NCBI GenBank assembly: GCA_965248535.1
Contig: CBDFJR010000002.1
Coordinates: 1,920,001 to 1,984,000 of the forward strand
DNA length: 64,000 nucleotides
Direction: 5' to 3'
Source of the DNA: Phormidesmis sp.
Lineage (GTDB): Bacteria > Cyanobacteriota > Cyanobacteriia > Leptolyngbyales > Leptolyngbyaceae
The notes under the pieces were generated by a model. It worked only from the letters and a program-made list of their open reading frames with translations, searched no databases and was not told the DNA's origin. The position numbers and the translations under genes are program-made. How positions within the stretch are numbered: the stretch's first letter is position 1; every line of letters starts with the position of its first letter. Shown here one piece after another: positions 58,607 to 64,000 of this stretch.

Positions 58607-60441
58607 GTGCAATTGCAACGAGTGGCAGTACAGCGGGTGACGGGTGGCTTTGCGCTCATCGATAGCCTTAGACGGCACGGCGTTAAGCACATCTTTGGGT
58701 ATCCGGGCGGAGCGATTCTGCCCATCTATGACGAGCTTTATAAGGCAGAAGCGATCGGCGGCATCCAGCACATTTTAGTCAGACACGAGCAAGGGGCCGC
58801 CCACGCCGCCGATGGCTATGCCCGCGCCACTGGGCAAGTGGGCGTGTGTTTTGCCACCTCAGGCCCCGGTGCAACCAATCTGGTCACTGGCATCGCCACC
58901 GCGCATATGGATTCGATTCCGCTCGTCGTGATCACAGGGCAAGTGGCTAGAGCTTCGATCGGGAGTGATGCCTTCCAAGAGACCGACATTTACGGCATTA
59001 CGCTGCCGATCGTCAAACATTCCTACGTGGTGCGCGACCCTAAAGACATGGGGCGCATTATCGCAGAAGCGTTCTACATCGCCAGCACGGGCAGACCGGG
59101 GCCGGTATTAGTCGATATTCCCAAGGACGTGGGCACTGAGTTGTTTGACTATGAGCCAGTCGAGCCGGGGCTGTGCGGCTACCGGGCTATCGCCCCACCG
59201 TCAAAGGTCATCCCCATCAGATTGGGCAAGCCTTAAAGCTGATTCGGCACGCCAAACAGCCTCTGCTGTATGTGGGGGGTGGCGCGATCGCGGCCAATGC
59301 TCACGCCGAAGTTAAAGAACTGGCAGAGCGCTTTCAACTGCCCGTGACGACCACCTTGATGGGCATTGGGGCCTTTGATGAACATCACCCCCTCGCCGTA
59401 GGAATGTTGGGAATGCACGGCACCGCCTACGCCAACTTCTCGGTGACGGAGTGTGATTTGTTGATTGCAGTCGGAGCGAGATTTGACGATCGCGTCACGG
59501 GTAAACTAGATGAATTTGCCGCTCGTGCCAAAGTGATTCATATCGACATTGACCCCGCCGAAGTGGGCAAGACGCGAGTTCCTGAGGTGCCGATCGTGGG
59601 CGATGTGCGGCAGGTGTTGACTCATTTGCTCGATCGCAGTCACGAAGATGGCGACCCTGCAACCTCAGATCAGACCCGCGAGTGGCTAGCCCGCATCGAT
59701 CGCTGGCGCGAAGATTATCCCCTCGAAGTGCCTCACTACCCTGACAAACTTTCGCCCCAAGAAGTCATTGTCGAATTGGCGCAGCAGGCACCCCACGCCT
59801 TTTACACCACCGATGTCGGGCAGCATCAAATGTGGTCGGCGCAGTTCCTCAAAAACGGCCCGCGTCGCTGGATTTCGAGCGCGGGTTTGGGCACGATGGG
59901 CTTTGGGCTTCCAGCAGCGATGGGGGCTAAGGTGGCAGTTGGAGATGAACAAGTCATCTGCATTAGCGGTGACGCGAGCTTCCAGATGAATTTGCAGGAG
60001 TTGGGCACGCTGTCGCAGTATGGCATTGCCGCCAAAATTGTGATTATTAACAATGGCTGGCAGGGCATGGTGCGTCAGTGGCAAGAGGCGTTTTGGGAAG
60101 GTCGCTATTCGTCGTCTAACATGGAGCCGTCGATGCCCGATTTTGTGAAGCTGGCAGAGGCCTACGGCATTAAGGGCATGATGATTAGCACTCGCGACCA
60201 GTTGAGCGGCGCGGTGGCTGAGATGCTGGCTCACGATGGGCCGGTGCTGCTGGATGCGCGAGTCAATCGAGCCGAAAACTGCTATCCAATGGTGGCTCCG
60301 GGCAAGAGCAATGCTCAGATGTTGGGGTTGCCCGATCGTAAGAGTCTAGAGCGCGCCACTGAGCTAATTTATTGCAGCAGTTGCCGGGCTAAGAACGTCG
60401 CTAGCAACAAGTTCTGTCCTGAGTGTGGCACCAAACTGTAG
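58607..60441 (+). CDS. ilvB: Acetolactate synthase large subunit with C-terminal zinc ribbon; apparent 1-nt frameshift at 59167-59170
   Basis: [45 protein letters not shown]; one extra G joins the frames (EPGAVRLPG). Confidence 0.93.
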
Positions 60442-60549
60442 AGGATCTGGCGTTGAGTTGGGAAACCTGATCATCGGGTTTCCCTGCCCTTGGGCTGCTT
60501 TGGTCAAGATGGGTCAGAAAATTCCCCCAAGAGTGTGATCGAGCCTAGG

Positions 60550-62484
60550 CTAACTGTCGGCAACGTCAGCCGCGAAGGTTTGGACAGTCTCGATCGCCAG
60601 ATTCAGCACAGGCTCAGGCATAGGAATTTCGACTTCTGGCAATTCTTCTAAGGTTAAGCGCAGTTGACTCGACCCAGACAACCGTTTTAAGAGCTTAGGT
60701 TTGGGGTCATAGAGCAAATAAATTAAGCGATCGTCCACCTGCCATTCAGCCTCTGCGGGGGTGATTTGCAAAGAGCCACTGCGCTCGATCAGCAGGGGCA
60801 TTAAACTTCCGGCTTCGACTAGGGATCGTAGATGAGCCTGCTGCTCATCAAGTTTGCCTTCTTTAAAGGTCGTTTCACCGAGTTTTACCGATCCTTCGTT
60901 CAGATATTGGTTCCAAACCTTGAGCAAGATTTGAGAGCTAAACGCTTGTTGAACGCGATTATTTGAGACGCTGACCTGGGAATCACGAGGAAATATGGCT
61001 AAAACTCTGGGGGGACTGAATTCTTCGATCGCCCGCTGCGCCACCACCAGATTGACTTCTCCATTATTTGTCATGGCTAAAAATGTGCCCACTTTAGAAA
61101 GCCCCGCTTCTTCTAACACATCGGTGTCGAGGGCGCTGCTAATAAACACTTTTAGACGCGGCTGAAACTCTGACGGTTGAGAATCAGGATCGGTATCAAT
61201 CAGGGCAACGAGTTCGTCACGCTCTAGAAACAGTCGAGCGATTAACAAACTTAATGGACTGCACCCTACAATGACAGCGCCTGTAGCATCTTTGGACGTA
61301 ATCTGAAGTAGATTGGCCACCCATTGAGCCGTTAATGCCTGAATAACAACGGTTAAGATAATGGTCAAAAACACGAGCGCCTTAATAGAATCACCGCCGT
61401 TAATGCCACGCTGAGTTAATAGAATGGCAAACAGGGAAGCAACGGAAGCTGCAATGATGCCTCTGGGCGCAATCCATCCTAAAAAAATCTTTTGTTGCCA
61501 CGTTAAATCACTATTCCAAGTGCAAATCCAAACGCTGAGAGGACGAACCACGATCATCAGCGCTAACACCGTGAATAATCCACCCCAGCCCAAGGCAAAA
61601 ACGCCCGCGATCGACAAATCTGCCGACAATAAAATAAACAGCACCGACGTTGACAGCACAGTGAGTTGCCCTTTAAAGCGCCTGAGCATCCGTTCTTCGG
61701 GCAGGGCCGAGGCTCTGAGAACAATGCCTGCAATCACCGTTGCCATCAGACCCGCTTCACTGCGAATCATCTGCGCCAACCCAAACAAGCCCCACAAGCC
61801 AGCCAGCACCACCAAATTTCTCAAGTCTTCTGATAAAAACGTGGCGCGTTTGAGAATGAAGCCGAGCAGCCAGCCACCGCCTGCCCCGATCGCGGTGCCG
61901 CTGCCCAATCGGATGCCGAGATCGCTGGCTACCGTCCACAGGTCAGGGTTGCCGTTTAATAAAACATTGAGCACCACGACGGCTAGAATTGCCCCTACCG
62001 GATCGATCAAGACCCCTTCGCCTTCTAGCAGGGTGGCAACTTGGCGATCGACGTTGACCTGCCGCAGCAGCGAATTGATCACCACTGGCCCCGTCACCAC
62101 AATCAGAGAGCCATAGAGAAATGCTAGCGCCCAAGGAAATTCACTCAGCCAGTGGGCCGCCATGCCGCCGCCTACCAGGGTGATCAACGTGCCGATCGTG
62201 ACTAAATTCCGCAGGCTGCCCGACACTCGATCTAAATCTCGCAGTTGTAGATTAAAGCCCCCTTCAAATAAAATCACCGCCACCAGCAGCCCAACCAATA
62301 CGTCTAAACCATTGCCCAAGCGATCGGGATGCAGCACCCCAAACGCACTCGGCCCCAGCAGAATGCCAAAAATCAGCAAAAAGACGATGCCAGGAATTTT
62401 GACAAACTCCGCCAGCACTTGAGCACCAATTCCTGCAATCACAGTGATGACGATTTGCAGAGTTAGATCGAGGGAGGCATCCAT
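60550..62484 (-). CDS. CPA1 cation:proton antiporter with TrkA-N/RCK-like tail
   Basis: ILFEGG, TGPVV, EGVLIDPVG, APRGIIAAS. Confidence 0.9.
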   Translation of the reverse strand: MDASLDLTLQIVITVIAGIGAQVLAEFVKIPGIVFLLIFGILLGPSAFGVLHPDRLGNGLDVLVGLLVAVILFEGGFNLQLRDLDRVSGSLRNLVTIGTLITLVGGGMAAHWLSEFPWALAFLYGSLIVVTGPVVINSLLRQVNVDRQVATLLEGEGVLIDPVGAILAVVVLNVLLNGNPDLWTVASDLGIRLGSGTAIGAGGGWLLGFILKRATFLSEDLRNLVVLAGLWGLFGLAQMIRSEAGLMATVIAGIVLRASALPEERMLRRFKGQLTVLSTSVLFILLSADLSIAGVFALGWGGLFTVLALMIVVRPLSVWICTWNSDLTWQQKIFLGWIAPRGIIAASVASLFAILLTQRGINGGDSIKALVFLTIILTVVIQALTAQWVANLLQITSKDATGAVIVGCSPLSLLIARLFLERDELVALIDTDPDSQPSEFQPRLKVFISSALDTDVLEEAGLSKVGTFLAMTNNGEVNLVVAQRAIEEFSPPRVLAIFPRDSQVSVSNNRVQQAFSSQILLKVWNQYLNEGSVKLGETTFKEGKLDEQQAHLRSLVEAGSLMPLLIERSGSLQITPAEAEWQVDDRLIYLLYDPKPKLLKRLSGSSQLRLTLEELPEVEIPMPEPVLNLAIETVQTFAADVADS

Positions 62485-62510
62485 AGGTGATCAGGGTTCA
62501 AGCGTTGGAG

Positions 62511-63236
62511 TTAGACTTCGTTGGGATCAATGCCCATCTGACGCAGCCGTTCAGCGAGCCGATCCGCTCGTTGCTTTTCTCGTTCTGCTCGTTCGTCGCC
62601 CGTTGACAGCAGATTGCCTTCACCATCCCACCAGCGCAGCCAGGGGAGCGCCATTGATTCATAGTCTCCCTGCCAAATGCCTAGCTCAATGCCCATCGGC
62701 GGAATGGGATAATGTCCACGGTGGTTGGCAGTTATAGGCTGATAGCGGCCTTCGACCAGATGATATAGCTCGATCGTGCCTTTACTGCACTCATAAATGC
62801 CATAAAACGGGATGCGAATGGCCTGTTCATAGACCCAAAACTTTCCGGTGACGGGAGTACAATCGCGCTCTTCGCTGCCGTCTCCAGACGCAAATTCTAG
62901 GACGATTAGGGGCGCAACATATTCTTGCCACAGCACATACGATCGGCGAAACACTCCCTTGAGCAGAGGAGGAACGTTAGGCACATAAAACCAATCGGGA
63001 GCCTCGGCTCCTTTTTCGAGGGGATCGGTCAACCGCCAATAGATGCCGCAATCTTGACCAATGCAATACTGTCCATCGGGGTGAAGTTGCTGCAACATGG
63101 GGCGAAGGGAGTCAGTCAAGAGGCTGCTTTGGGGGTGTTCTTGAAAATTTTTCACAAAGGTGCCGTCTGACTCTGGAAGCTGCGTGTGATCAGGAAGCGT
63201 CTGGGTCGTAAACTCAGAAAATTGGGTTGCTGTCAT
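62511..63236 (-). CDS. Uma2 family endonuclease-like protein with coiled-coil tail
   Basis: LPESDG, APDWFYVP, PLIVLEFAS, KFWVYEQ, ADRLAERLRQMGIDP. Confidence 0.9.
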   Translation of the reverse strand: MTATQFSEFTTQTLPDHTQLPESDGTFVKNFQEHPQSSLLTDSLRPMLQQLHPDGQYCIGQDCGIYWRLTDPLEKGAEAPDWFYVPNVPPLLKGVFRRSYVLWQEYVAPLIVLEFASGDGSEERDCTPVTGKFWVYEQAIRIPFYGIYECSKGTIELYHLVEGRYQPITANHRGHYPIPPMGIELGIWQGDYESMALPWLRWWDGEGNLLSTGDERAEREKQRADRLAERLRQMGIDPNEV

Positions 63237-63302
63237 AACAAATGCCCTTCACCGTTGGGAGCTTGAGTCCATTGTAGGGATTTTGGGGGCTGAACTCGTC
63301 AT

Positions 63303-64000
63303 CTATTTCAGCAGCAGATAATAAAGCTGTCCGGTGGCGTTGACCAGTCCGGCGCGATCGCCCGCCGCCTTTCCAGTGCCCATAAAAATATCGACTCGAC
63401 CCGCGCCAATAATCGCACCGCCCGTATCTTGATCCAACACAAATCGACTGACGGGGCGTTGTTCTAACGATTGGTTCGCCGTTAAAACTGGCATTTGAGT
63501 TTGCATCAGCGCGATCGCGCCTGCTGGCATTAAAAACTTATCTGTGGCGATCGAGCGTTCTGCCGTCACCGGAACGCCTAAACTCCCCATAGCAGGTGCA
63601 CCGTGAGTATTTTGAAAGAACACAAACCGCCGATTGCGAGGCAAATAAACATCCAACTCGTCGGGGTGCTGCTGAAAATAGTGCACCACATTGGGAAGAT
63701 TTAAATCTTCGAGATGAAGTTTGCCATCTTTGACCAATTCTCGCCCGATACCCGTGTAGGGTTGATTGGTGTGAGCCGCAACCCCGATCGCCATCGTGGT
63801 GCCATCGGTAAGTTGCAGTCGCGCCGAGCCTTGCACCTGCACGAGAAAGGCTTCTAAGCGATCGGGCAACCACACCAACTCCAATCCTCGCAAAAGTCCT
63901 TTATTGGCTTGCAACCCGTCTTTGCCTTCTAGCTCAAGGCGGGTGGGATGAGGGGTTTTCAATCCGGGCGCTCGATAAAGTGGATAGCGATAGTCTGCGG
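63303..64000 (-). CDS. mltA: Membrane-bound lytic murein transglycosylase A (5' end beyond the window)
   Basis: YRYPLYRAP, VQVQGS, SIATD, LDQDTGGAIIGAGRVDIFMG (3D domain). Confidence 0.9.
   Translation of the reverse strand, partial: ADYRYPLYRAPGLKTPHPTRLELEGKDGLQANKGLLRGLELVWLPDRLEAFLVQVQGSARLQLTDGTTMAIGVAAHTNQPYTGIGRELVKDGKLHLEDLNLPNVVHYFQQHPDELDVYLPRNRRFVFFQNTHGAPAMGSLGVPVTAERSIATDKFLMPAGAIALMQTQMPVLTANQSLEQRPVSRFVLDQDTGGAIIGAGRVDIFMGTGKAAGDRAGLVNATGQLYYLLLK

Noticed and set aside
59160..59240. ilvB split as a pseudogene or programmed frameshift
   Set aside because: One missing G in a G-run restores a normally essential enzyme and both halves are otherwise intact; most likely a sequencing error.
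61424..62116. 230-aa plus-strand ORF and the many similar overlapping ORFs in the track
   Set aside because: Antisense or alternate-frame shadows of well-supported genes, with no motifs.

Overview
Chromosomal window from a cyanobacterium, probably a filamentous Leptolyngbya/Oscillatoriales-like lineage. The evidence is the dense HIP1 octamer GCGATCGC plus hli, ndhM, cphA/cphB, ccs1/ccdA and three Uma2 genes. Most of the window is housekeeping: sppA, aroH, ftsE, proB, sbcC, glnB, queF, ftsW, tatA, cphBA, trmD, herA, phoD, larB, hppD, rodZ, ubiD, ilvB, mltA. Three accessory features interrupt it. (1) A ~7.5 kb toxin-antitoxin/restriction island (about 10.4-17.9 kb) carries RelE-like, VapBC, MazF-remnant and BrnTA modules, a broken MTase-Mrr fusion, and an IS5 inserted in brnT. 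(2) An orphan gene followed by an attC-like site (38.7-39.2 kb) has no integrase in the window. (3) A 518-bp protein-free IS200/IS605 derivative (45371-45888) keeps both ends, the TnpB omega-RNA and its TTAT target. It has replaced tnpB with a promoter, a boxB/boxA-like signal and a structured non-coding insert, and it sits on the stop codon of an ABC1 kinase gene without changing the protein. Clear regulatory sites are a glutamine riboswitch plus NtcA box before a DUF4278x3-PirA-like gene, an NtcA box before glnB, a Pho box before phoD and a double PadR operator. Several frameshifts look like long-read indel errors. No rRNA, tRNA or CRISPR array was seen. All calls are by eye; no database searches were run.
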